Below are positions 1 through 9,072 of a stretch of DNA of 64,000 nt, one piece after another. This DNA is from Cyanidioschyzon merolae. Its lineage: Eukaryota. Positions within the stretch are counted from its first letter, which is position 1; each line of letters begins with the position of its first letter. Location: assembly GCA_000091205.1 (NCBI GenBank), contig AP006497.2. The stretch is one strand, 5' to 3'. A model generated the notes under the pieces. That model saw nothing but the letters and a program-made list of their open reading frames with translations. It was not told the DNA's origin and ran no database searches. The position numbers and the translations under genes are program-made.

Positions 1-239
1 GGGAGCGTCCGCGGGAGACACGCGGTCGGGCGTCGTGTCCAATTTGGGCCGTGCCTCACGCGCAACGTGTCCGGCGGATACAGACATGCGCGCGCACGCA
101 CGCACGCGCCGGCCGGCGCGCCTGCGAGCTAACTACGTCATCGTCATGCACCGCAACTGGATTCCATAGACAGGCGCGTGTCATCTCATGCTCTTTCGAG
201 GTGTAAGGCAGACGCGTTCGATTGCGTCTATTTAAAGTA

Positions 240-700
240 ATATAAAATCCAAGGTATGGAGATGAAAGTCGGGGATCCTGGCGGACCGTCATCGCCGGGC
301 GCCCGGAAAAACGAAAAAGTCCTCTTCTCGCCTGTCATCGAGCGAAGAAGCGCAAGTGACGTAGATGAAGAAGAGTGGAGATAGTCAAGAAAAGGTGCTT
401 GATCCACGAGACGATGACGAGACTGTAGTGGCACAGAGGGCACGAGTTCAATGAGCCCCTGCGATCATGGGTTCAACCACCGGCAATGTACGCGAAGAAT
501 TTCGTGAACCGTGACCCCAACGCCGCCATGAATATAACACGACGTGTGGTGCTGGACACGAGTCCCGCGGAGCTGAGGCACTCTAGTTTTGTGAGGAAAC
601 CGCTCAAGGTCGAATTGTGCAAGAAGAAGTAGAAACCAGTAGCAGGTGACCGGTCAAAAAAAGGCGGGGCGGTGTCGGCGAGTGGGTATGCGTACCCCGC
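240..700 (+). mobile_element. Degraded 3' fragment of a TnpB/Fanzor-like element (copy 3), oriented tail-to-tail with copy 1. Includes a conserved 3' flank.
   Basis: The plus-strand frame at 429-632 translates to ...AKNFVNRDPNAAMNITRRVVLDTSPAELRHSSFVRKPLKVELCKKK*. The RDPNAAMNI stretch matches the RuvC-III consensus RDxNAAxNI and is homologous to RDFNAAINIRRCAVLETRPPE of copy 1. An upstream shifted frame (PVIERRSASDVDEE) resembles IPIDEFRTSHSHHE of copy 1, but with stops and frameshifts. DNA at 600-700 aligns with the reverse complement of 1845-1946. Confidence 0.55.
429..632 (+). pseudogene. C-terminal RuvC-III fragment of a TnpB/Fanzor-like nuclease (copy 3), truncated by an upstream in-frame stop at 426-428.
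   Basis: Direct translation gives a RDPNAAMNI motif. The peptide is homologous to the copy 1 C-terminus. It is inverted relative to 1946-2030. Confidence 0.5.
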
Positions 701-1284
701 TCTACGGTCGTGAGCCATTTTTCGTCTTGCTGAGTATATATATGGACGCTAGTGGAGGCGATGACTTAAACTACGCATAAGCGACATTCCGCGGGGATGT
801 TCCCGAGGGCCTTGTCCTGATGTGTTACCCGGTATCGCGCGCTCCCTGACCAATGTTTCAGTTTGCCGGGCAGTAGGTGAACCAGCCAGCTATCCAGCGG
901 GTTGTTTAGGTACAGGCATATTACATTCCCTTAAATTCACGAATCTTTTTAAGGAATCCTCTTGTTTCATACTACTACTTCCGTGCTTTTCGCGCTTAAA
1001 CTGAAATGCGCACAGAATACTCCGTCATGGATACCGATTGCGCAGCGCCTGCTTCTCTTCCACATGCGTGTGTCTCGGACCTAAAAAGTGCAGTATTTTG
1101 CGGTTATCCTGGAGTGTCGCCCTATCCACCGCAGAAGTAAACTCGTCCGGTGCCTGCTTCTTCCGATGCGCTGCGGCTGTACTGAACAGCAACGCCCGCT
1201 GAGACGCGGTCGTTGTGGAGTATTCACGTCGCAACCCAGCCAAGCGCAGCTTCCATACAAGGAAAGAAAGCTCTAGCGTCTCCT

Positions 1285-1878
1285 TTAAGTGTTGCCGACG
1301 TTGCGTTGGGGAACACCACTGGCCAGTTCGACCTTGGTGATGCGCCCGCCCATCTTCATGATCCGCTGCTGCTCGCTGTACCAGGAAGTGAACGGCACCA
1401 TCTTCGTTGTCGCAACGTTCTGCAACTCGCGACCGCTGTCAACACGTGACTGACTGGGCAGCACATACGAGACCTTAAACATGCGGCGATCATTCGCAAC
1501 GCCAGATGACTTGATGCGCCGCGGTCCGAGGTTCCCCGCGCTGCTCCCGTTCATATCGTACCCTGTCATGCGGACGCTCCAGGACGAGTGTGCCAAGCAC
1601 CGCTGCGACTCTGCAGACTTTGCAGAAGCCTTAACACCTGTTCCAAAGAAACTGGTCTGAACGAACATGGTCAACGAACGAAGAAACACAGAGAACAAAG
1701 ATATCGCGAAGTTGTGAGTCAAAAGACGGTGGTGCAGCGAGCGCAGCCGGCGAGCTCGCTTGCGTATTCTCGCCACGTTCTCGCCGGCCGTGTACAGTAG
1801 TGGCGATCGGCGCGCCTTGGACAAAACGTCTCCAACTGATGTGCAGACGCCTCCCCGTCTTTTTGGACCGGCCACCAA
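1285..1878 (-). CDS. Hypothetical protein, function unknown, lying between the two facing TnpB/Fanzor-like 3' ends. Its start may be non-ATG in the track.
   Basis: 197-aa ORF. Its C-terminal half (…KMVPFTSWYSEQQRIMKMGGRITKVELASGVPQ) looks protein-like, but I cannot assign a family. Confidence 0.25.
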   Translation of the reverse strand: MVAGPKRRGGVCTSVGDVLSKARRSPLLYTAGENVARIRKRARRLRSLHHRLLTHNFAISLFSVFLRSLTMFVQTSFFGTGVKASAKSAESQRCLAHSSWSVRMTGYDMNGSSAGNLGPRRIKSSGVANDRRMFKVSYVLPSQSRVDSGRELQNVATTKMVPFTSWYSEQQRIMKMGGRITKVELASGVPQRNVGNT

Positions 1879-1945
1879 CTACTTCTTCCAATTTTATCTC
1901 ATATAGTTCGACCTTAGAAGGTTGTCCAAAAAAGTACCTTCTTGT

Positions 1946-2557
1946 TCACTCTGGAGGTCTCGTCTCCAGCACCGCACATCTCCTGATATTGATGGCAGCG
2001 TTAAAGTCTCGGTTCGCAAACTCCATACGTTTCTTACCATCGTTGGTTGTACTTACTAATGCAAGTAGCCCTCGAAGTTTCGCCCTCCTTTCCATTTGCT
2101 CTTCCGTCAGCGGTCCGTACTTTTTTGCATCCTCAGGGCTCCGCTGGCACTTTTCCATCTCCACTCTCTGGAGCGTGCGCCCCCGCTCATGGTGTGAATG
2201 CGATGTTCGAAACTCATCTATCGGTATTGTAACAAAACGCCGTGCGCACTCCTTATACGTTCTCGTCGTTGGAGCTGGTGCAGTCCCTTTTTGGGTCTTC
2301 CATCGCCCTGCTCCGTACGCTACTACGAGCCTCTGACTTTCATCCTCCTTCAGGGCACTCAACTGATTGAAAAAATTCGCGAACGCCCGCTGCTTCCCAC
2401 AATACAAGTTCATTCGAAGACGAGCCCACCGGGGCTTGGTATACTCCTCCCACAGCGCATCCCAATGGGCAACACGAACTTCCATGAATTTCCGAAAAGC
2501 TTTAAAGTCCGCTCCTCGACTCATCACCTCGCTCAAAGCTTCCAGGTGCTCGTTCAT
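1946..2557 (-). pseudogene. C-terminal segment of the TnpB/Fanzor-like nuclease. It holds the TnpB-like TSQ-region equivalent and RuvC-III. A single TGA separates it, in frame, from the upstream segment.
   Basis: Translation gives ...RLVVAYGAGRW...FVTIPIDEFRTSHSHHERGRTLQRVEMEKCQ...KRMEFANRDFNAAINIRRCAVLETRPPE*. The RDFNAAINI stretch matches RuvC-III RDxNAAxNI. 'IDEFRTS' resembles the V-P-YTSQ segment that precedes the zinc finger in TnpB. The CxxC...CxxC zinc finger is replaced by a His-rich SHSHH...C stretch. Confidence 0.65.
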
Positions 2558-2566
2558 TCCTGAATT

Positions 2567-3655
2567 TCAAGTCTCGATTTTGTTCCTTGCATTCATGCTT
2601 CCCGATTCTCGATAATATCTCGCTCTCGAGAACCTCAACAGACGCATGTCTTTCTGACATAAGTTACCGTCAGGACCATCTTCCGCACGCTTCGGTGCTG
2701 CGATGGTGATGATATTTGTGTTGCCGGGGTCCGCGCCAATGACAAAGTCGTTATCCTGCACTTTCCGCGTCTCAGGATCTGCTTCTTTCTCATCTTCATC
2801 CTTCGTCACCTCAACGACATGCACGTTATCCTGCACCTGCTGCATCGCAGGATCCTCCTTTTCGTTTTCTTCATCCTTCGCCGCGTCAACGACAAGGTCG
2901 TTATTCTCTACCTCCTGCGTCGCGGGATCCGCCTCCTCCTTTTCCTCATGGTTCGCCGAGGGCGGGACTGGTCGATCTCTCTTCAACCGCCGATAGTGTA
3001 CACACAAGGCTACTCCATCGGTTTCGATTAACCCAGTGGACAACTTTTGCTTGCTCACTCTCAGACGTTTGGAGCTGAAGATATTCTTCCAGGACATCTC
3101 CCGGTTTTCACCGGAAAACTCCTCCCTGCTAACATCGAACTCGGGACTGATCTCCTTCATGATGCCATGAGGGATTCTGGAGTCGATAGTCACGAAATGT
3201 GACTTGATATTGGACATTGGAACGACGTTGAAGCGCTTCTCCTTTAGGACAGCCTTCCTTTCCTCCCACTCTAAATTTTCCCTATTCAGCCTCATCTCTG
3301 CTTTGCGTTCGAGCTCTCGGTCGAGAAATACGAAATATCGCAGGAAAAGGCGATAGTATCTTTCCTTATCTTTTTTCAACTCTGATATCTTGTCTGTTGG
3401 ATTCGCCATCCCCAAGATTGCACGGTGCGCTTGTAGAACCGCGCGGATTACAGAAGCCTCATTCGTGCTCTCGTTTGACCCCTTCTCTCCGGCGAATTCG
3501 ACCTCATCTTGATGCTTACGATCTTTCGTGATGCCATTCATAATCGCCCATTTTCCATTGCGCGATAGGCCCGGGTAGAGTGCAATCACGGCGCGTATCA
3601 TGAAACGTTCGAGGCTCGTTGTCAAATGGTTCTTCAGGTTCGTGAGGTACTTCAT
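2567..3655 (-). pseudogene. Middle segment of the TnpB/Fanzor-like nuclease. It contains a REC/WED-like region, acidic 24-aa tandem repeats and RuvC-I.
   Basis: The segment ends ...DNDFVIGADPGNTNIITIAAPKRAEDG..., matching the RuvC-I consensus GIDxG..N of TnpB/Cas12. It is in the same frame as 1946-2557 but separated from it by TGA at 2567-2569. Its N-terminal part (MKYLTNLKNHL...FMIRAVIALYPGLSRNGKWAIMNG) is homologous to the copy 2 peptide IKYLANPNNHMNMNPERFMIPSIFALYPGGSRKARCAIIHG. Confidence 0.65.
2700..2950 (-). repeat. Three tandem units of about 72 bp inside the nuclease ORF. They encode D/E-rich 24-aa repeats (…KDEENEKEDPAMQQVQDNVHVVEVT…).
   Basis: The units '...ttcatccttcgtcacctcaacgacatgcacgttatcctgcacctgctgcatcgcaggatcctcc...' and '...ttcatccttcgccgcgtcaacgacaaggtcgttattctctacctcctgcgtcgcgggatccgcctcc...' are visibly repeated. 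Confidence 0.6.
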
Positions 3656-3793
3656 CGCTCCGCATGTGTAAATATCCCGGTGACTCTTGTACCGACGAAC
3701 CCGTAAGAGGGATGTTTTTCGTGGAAGGCATGCACTAGCTCATTTTTCCTCCGCGCTTCCTCTGTACCAAGCATCAGGTGATGAATAAAGGTC

Positions 3794-4084
3794 TTATCGA
3801 AAAACCCGTCCGGGAACCTCGACCGTTTCCATGTGCGTCACGTCGCGATACATCTCCCTCGCCAAATACATCAGTCCTGACGACGCCTTGACAATACTCT
3901 TGGAGTACGAGTCGACACGTTTTTTGATAGCGTCTCGCAACTTTTCGCTGTACGGATCCTTGATATATCCAAGAAGAAAGGTTTTCACCACCTTCTCGTC
4001 GTACAGCCGTCTTTCTTGCTGCCTTCGACGTAGGGCCTCCCCCTTTTGCTTCTTTTCCTCTTCCTTTTCTTCTGGAATGGGCAC
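3794..4084 (-). pseudogene. N-terminal segment of the TnpB/Fanzor-like nuclease. The track start is GTG. It is frame-disrupted relative to the 2567-3655 segment.
   Basis: The peptide ...VVKTFLLGYIKDPYSEKLRDAIKKRVDSYSKSIVKASSGLMYLAREMYRDVTHMETVEVPGRVFR* is homologous to copy 2 (VKAFLLWNIKDPYEEKLPEAIRNRVASSSLSVCKASSGIIHLLKEMYDYVMELKTVEVPEELF). An alternative frame over the same DNA encodes a K/R-rich stretch (SRRKGRGKEAKGGGPTSKAARKTAVRR). Confidence 0.55.
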
Positions 4085-5877
4085 TGTTTTTTGTTTTTTC
4101 TCCAGCAGCCGGCGACCCTGGGCCTCCAGGATCGTGAACTTGCTTTTTCACAGCTTTCCTTGTTTTGTTTTTTTTTTGAAAAAGAACGCTCTTTGAACCC
4201 TTCTGTTATATACTGCAAAAAACACTAGACTAGACTTGTTTGAAGTTTGAAACAAAAACGAACTGAAAGACTGTACTTTGCTATGACCTCAACGGAAATC
4301 CAACTTTCTACAGCTGAACAACACGCTAGAGATCAGGATCGCGTTTCCGTTCAACGGAGGCATACGCGTCGTGTCTCATGCCTGCCTGATCTCCCAGTTG
4401 CGCTCACTGAGCGCGATGCGTGCACCGCGCGAGACGCCTCACCGATCAATAAAGGACACGTGTCCGACACCCTGCATTGGCACGTGCGTGTTCGCATCGC
4501 ACTGCAGCCAAAATAACGTATCGTAGATCGGAAACTCACGTAGAATGCACTCCTGCTATAGGCTATGTCGTTGGTGCCTATCGCAGTGCCGCCCTGAAGC
4601 ACAGTCGGTGTTGTGGCACGCTTGGATCTCCATAATGCCTCCAGAAGAAGCGTAGCTTTCGCAGCGGCTCACGCTTGTCTGGATGAGGTGTGCATCACAC
4701 TAGCCTTGAAGAGTTTCGTTAGTTTTATTGATCGTAACCAAAGTAGGCATATTAGTGTTCCCGAACACGGCTACAAGTTTATTCCCTATGCTTGTTATGC
4801 ATGCTGCACGGACGCTGCAGGGAGTATCTAATTTGAATTGTGCTTCTATCCTGCGTCATAGGCTGGTACTGATGACAGCTCAAGTCATTTCCATGCTGCT
4901 TTCGTTGTCTAAATTATGGTGCCTGCTTCGTCCTCCGGATCCGGTGATCTTGGCAGAGGCAGAGCACACTCGACGGGCCCTTTGCTATCGGTTTCAGCTT
5001 CTCCTTGTTCAACTCTGGGCTGGGAGGTTCCCCCATAAAGTTGGACCGCGTCAGCTCCGCCGATCGCGCCTCCACCACCATACATCATCTGACATTGATG
5101 GCGTTTTGTCTAAAACGCTCGTGATAGAGCTGAGGTCAAGAAGCGATCAATCTTGACCGACGCTATCAAACGAGCGGTAACAGAAGCTGAGGGCTGTAGC
5201 CGGCACCAGGTGCTCTGGTGCCTACATGCTGGCCGTGAATCGTGCGTGACGAAGCCGCACAGCATGCCACGGTTTCCTAGTACGTAAACCAAGCACGTAT
5301 TCGAAACGTTCGGGTTCAGTGTGATGACGAGTCGCCGCTGCGGCATTCTGGGAAAATCATCCGAGTGCGCTATGGTTTTTCGAATATCGAGCATCATCAC
5401 GAGTGTGGGTGCGCTTCACTGCACGAGTTGCAACGATCACCGAATCCACCATCATCCAAAAGTGACGAAAATTCACATGCGCACCGGCCTCGCACCTCTA
5501 GGTCAGGACGTGCCCACCAGCACGCAAACAAATTTCGTGCCCCGCTGTGCTTTCACCAAAAACGAAAGGAAACATGCGTTTCCTCGACCAGGGATAGAGG
5601 GTTCCGAATTCCTTCAGATACTGCCGATGTTTCGCCCGAACCCAGACCAGCATCTGCAGTGTGCCCACGAGCATACACAGGATGCCTGCGATTGTTCGCA
5701 TCATCGAGATCAATCCTACGCACGCCAGTACCTCAAATATGCAGTTCGGATACGACACGAACTCGAAAAGCAAGCCGAATGGGATCCGCCACCAGCGGCG
5801 ACCGCGAAACCCGATTGCAAACCGCTCCCGCAAGCCATTTGGGCAAACGAGTGGTGCAGCGCGCATGTTCATATAAT

Positions 5878-5915
<38 letters not shown>
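5878..5915. repeat. (CAG)12 microsatellite immediately upstream of the Mpv17-like start codon.
   Basis: The run gcagcagcag... is read directly from the sequence. Confidence 0.95.
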
Positions 5916-5916
<1 letters not shown>

Positions 5917-5960
5917 TGCAAATACCCCACTGCATCTGCGCAGTTCCTGGACCAGCACCG

Positions 5961-6629
5961 ATGAGGCACGTGCGGGGCAGTCCAGCCGTGCAGGCTGTTG
6001 CTAACTTATACGATCGGTACCTTCGCAGCCTCCAGCGATACCCCGTAACTACAAAGTCGCTGACTGCTGCCTCGGTTGGTGCTGCAGGTGACGCGTTGGC
6101 GCAGTTGCTCGAACGTCGTCAGCGAACACCGACAGCTGAGCGATTGGGAGACCCTGGTCCACAGAAGCCGTTTAACTGGCGAAGGCTAGTGTTATTCGCA
6201 ACGTTCATGGGTGTCTTTAGCGCACCAGTTTCTCATTATTGGTACCTTTGGTTAAGCAAACGCTTTCCCGCAACCAATATGGTAGCGGTTAGCAAACGCG
6301 TTGCCTGTGATCAGTTGCTTATGGCGCCGACAATCATCCCGGCAACACTGTTTTTTCTCGAGTACGCCGGGCGAAAGTTTGTCGCTGGAGAGAATGGTGA
6401 CGGCCTGTTGCGACACGCCTTGCAGGTCGCAAGCGAGGAAACCGGTCGTACGCTGCTGGCGAACTGGACGATATGGCCTATAGCGCAAGTTGTGAACTTC
6501 CGCTTCGTCCGCAACGAGCTGCAGGTCCTGTTCGCAAATCTGGTCGGTGTGGGATGGAATACCTTTCTCAGCCTTGTCGCTGCCGAAAACCTGCAGAAAA
6601 GCCATAAAACATTGACGAAAGCTGATTGA
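5961..6629 (+). CDS. Mpv17/PMP22-family membrane protein.
   Basis: The sequence ...TTKSLTAASVGAAGDALAQ...FMGVFSAPVSHYWYLWL...WTIWPIAQVVNFRFVRNELQVLFANLVGVGWNTFLS matches the conserved Mpv17/PMP22 pattern (GD..Q, H.WY, W.VWP..Q..NF.FVP...RVLF.N.V...WN.YLS). The track start at 5916 is GTG. The first ATG is at 5961. Confidence 0.7.
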   Translation: MRHVRGSPAVQAVANLYDRYLRSLQRYPVTTKSLTAASVGAAGDALAQLLERRQRTPTAERLGDPGPQKPFNWRRLVLFATFMGVFSAPVSHYWYLWLSKRFPATNMVAVSKRVACDQLLMAPTIIPATLFFLEYAGRKFVAGENGDGLLRHALQVASEETGRTLLANWTIWPIAQVVNFRFVRNELQVLFANLVGVGWNTFLSLVAAENLQKSHKTLTKAD

Positions 6630-9072
6630 GAAACCGGACGGGCTCGCCTGGTTGGATGCCGTCAATGCATCTTTCCCGCGAGCCGTTCAGGTACGATCAT
6701 CTGCTGGCAACGCCCTTCCTGCGTTCGTTCGCAGGCATCGTCATCGAGACCTGCTGCTCCTGGTTCGTGCAACAGACTACGCGGTGCGGGATGCCTCGAT
6801 GGTGGGGTTTATTTAAGGTGTCGGATCGAGGCATCCCCCGAATCTGCGATAGTCATCGGTCTCTGGTCGTGGATGCAATGGCACGGTGCTTTCGTTGCAA
6901 ACATGACGAAGATCATGGAACCGTTCAGTTCCGAGAACCAGACACAGTCTATGCCACAGGTGGACGGCCTAACGCACCTTGCATCGAATCATTGCGAAAC
7001 ATGGCCTGTGGATGGTTTCCCATGTGTGCCAGGTCGCCCGAAGCATTGCTCAGGTACACGCGTGGCGGAGTAAAACGGCCAATGTCCTGCAACACGGGCG
7101 CTCACTATGTGTTTGGAACTCTTCCCATGGCCATGAACACCAGTCTTTGCGGATTCACGCTGTGGCTGCTTCCTCTGTTCCCGCTCATATGTCCGGCCTC
7201 GTGACGTCGGTCTCTCCGCTCACTGCAGCTCGGCTTGCAGCGCCCGATGAATGTTCGCAGGAGTGTCCAAGTCCAGATTTGACCAGTTCCGACTGTAGTT
7301 CACGCATGTCATGAACTTTTTGGAATTTGCGATTCAAGCCTTGTCTGCCGTTCACAGCTTGTTTGTTTAAAGCATCTGCGCGTGCTTCGTAGCCTTGACA
7401 TCTGATTGTGGTCAGGTTTTCTCCAATGCCAATCGCAGCTCCTCCTGCTCCTGTTCCAGTTCGTCCGAGGTCTTCTCTATGGCACGTGAACGCTTCCTCC
7501 GTCGCTCAACAGATGCGAGTGACGGGTACCGAGGGCCCGCCACGATACAGTCCTCCCTTTTGCGCGCCCGGTGCCGTACGCTGGGATCACGGGCCCTTTC
7601 TAAGCGATATCCTCGGGGGTTACGCTGCATGCGTTACGCCCAAGCGTACGTTGGTCCATTCGAGAGCGTCTCTTTCGATTGCTATAGTATCCATGACAGG
7701 AACGAGTATCGGAAGGATGATCCAAACGGTAGACCGCCAAAATGAGAACTTTCCATCTACGTGCACCCGACTGATACAAAGCAGAGACGCACTCTCCATT
7801 GAAAGCGACCACTGCGACGACTCGAGTCCAAGTCCAGCACTCTTTTCCATGCGAACAGCAAAGACGGTTGCGCCCCTGAGAGCACATTCCAAGAAAGATT
7901 TCATGCTGGTGTCGAATGCCGTGTCGTCGTTGGCCACAAAGACAGATCGATTTGTTTCTTGAACTGTACGGATTCTTTCACGTCACAAGTTTCGTGCGCT
8001 TGCGGCATGCGCTTGTGAACAAGTCGTCACGAAACGATACCGAGCTCTTCTTCCTCGTCAGCCGAGCGGTGCGTTTCGATGTGCCCATGAGTTGCCGTGA
8101 AACAGAAAGATCAAAAACTTGAAAAATGCGTCCTTGGAGCATGATTCTCGTAAGAAAAATGGAAACATTAAAGACGATGCCTACGCTTTGGATACTGGTA
8201 TTGGTTAGTTTACGAACCCTTGTTTGAGGACGTCGCAAACCGTCGTGAGTCTGGTGACGTAGCGCACGCCAACGGCAAAGCGTCGAAGGAGTCGCTTTCA
8301 AAACACGACCGAGAATCCGATAACTATGCATCCATTGGCAAGTGCTTATGACTGCGCTTGGGGCGTGTCGATGTTGTCCATTTGAAACAAGTTCGGAGCG
8401 GACTCAACGGACGGGACTAGAGCCAGTCGTTGTGTTCCATGCTATGGGGCCACGAGCTTCGTGCACATCTCGAAACAAACTCGTTGCATAGGGTCCTCGT
8501 CTGTGCGTTCGCGCGGGGGCGGCATGGCGGTCCTTGTTTCGACCGATTACAACGAGGCGCTCACCACTGATGAATAGCTCCTCCTTTTGGAGAAACGTTT
8601 GGGAACGGCTGCGAGCAGTCGGGACCCGAGCGCCGCGGGGTCCCGTCGAGCGACCGCCCCCGCAGTGCAAGGACTTTCTGGACTGGGACGACCTCACGAG
8701 CTACGATAAACAATATTGTGCCCAGTTCCGGTTGGACGTGGTTTCGCACCTCATGAAACAGGTTAGGAAGGGAGAGATCCAGGATCCGCAGCTCCGCCAA
8801 CAGATTGAAGCACTCTGGAAGGAGATCACTGCTGCCAGGCAACGTTTACGTTCAAAGTGATGCGGCAGGTCCCTCAAGCGCCTTGTGAAACAGGTCAGGA
8901 AGGTCAAAGTCCAAGACTTGCAGCTCCACTCAGAGATTCAAGCACCCTGGAACAAGCTCACTCCCGCAAGCCAAGATGGACCTGTAAAGTAGGACCCAAG
9001 GCCCCGGTATCATGTTGCGATACCACAGGGAAGCGATCCCCCGGAGCCTCGTCTCCGAGGACGAGCGCGGCA

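Larger units (their letters stand above)
1845..4395 (-). mobile_element. TnpB/Fanzor-like (OMEGA-type RuvC nuclease) element, copy 1, near full length at about 2.55 kb. It comprises a conserved 5' leader, an interrupted nuclease ORF and a conserved 3' flank.
   Basis: The bounds come from homology. The leader at 4190-4395 aligns with 35950-36160 of copy 2. The 3' flank at 1845-1946 aligns, inverted, with 600-700 of copy 3. Similarity is lost outside these points. Confidence 0.6.

Noticed and set aside
1285-1878. Mitochondrial ribosomal-protein-like identity for the 197-aa ORF.
   Set aside because: Only vague resemblance to MRP-L41-type motifs, in the wrong order. It is left as hypothetical.
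2567-2569. Possibility that the TGA between the Fanzor segments lies inside a small intron.
   Set aside because: No GT...AG pair of sensible size flanks it, and the sequence reads AAA ATC GAG ACT TGA AAT TCA GGA ATG in one frame. Nonsense mutation or sequencing error is more parsimonious.
5321-6004. 227-aa ORF containing a Q12 tract.
   Set aside because: It is the out-of-frame reading through the (CAG)12 microsatellite and the 5' end of the Mpv17-like gene. It has no domain support.
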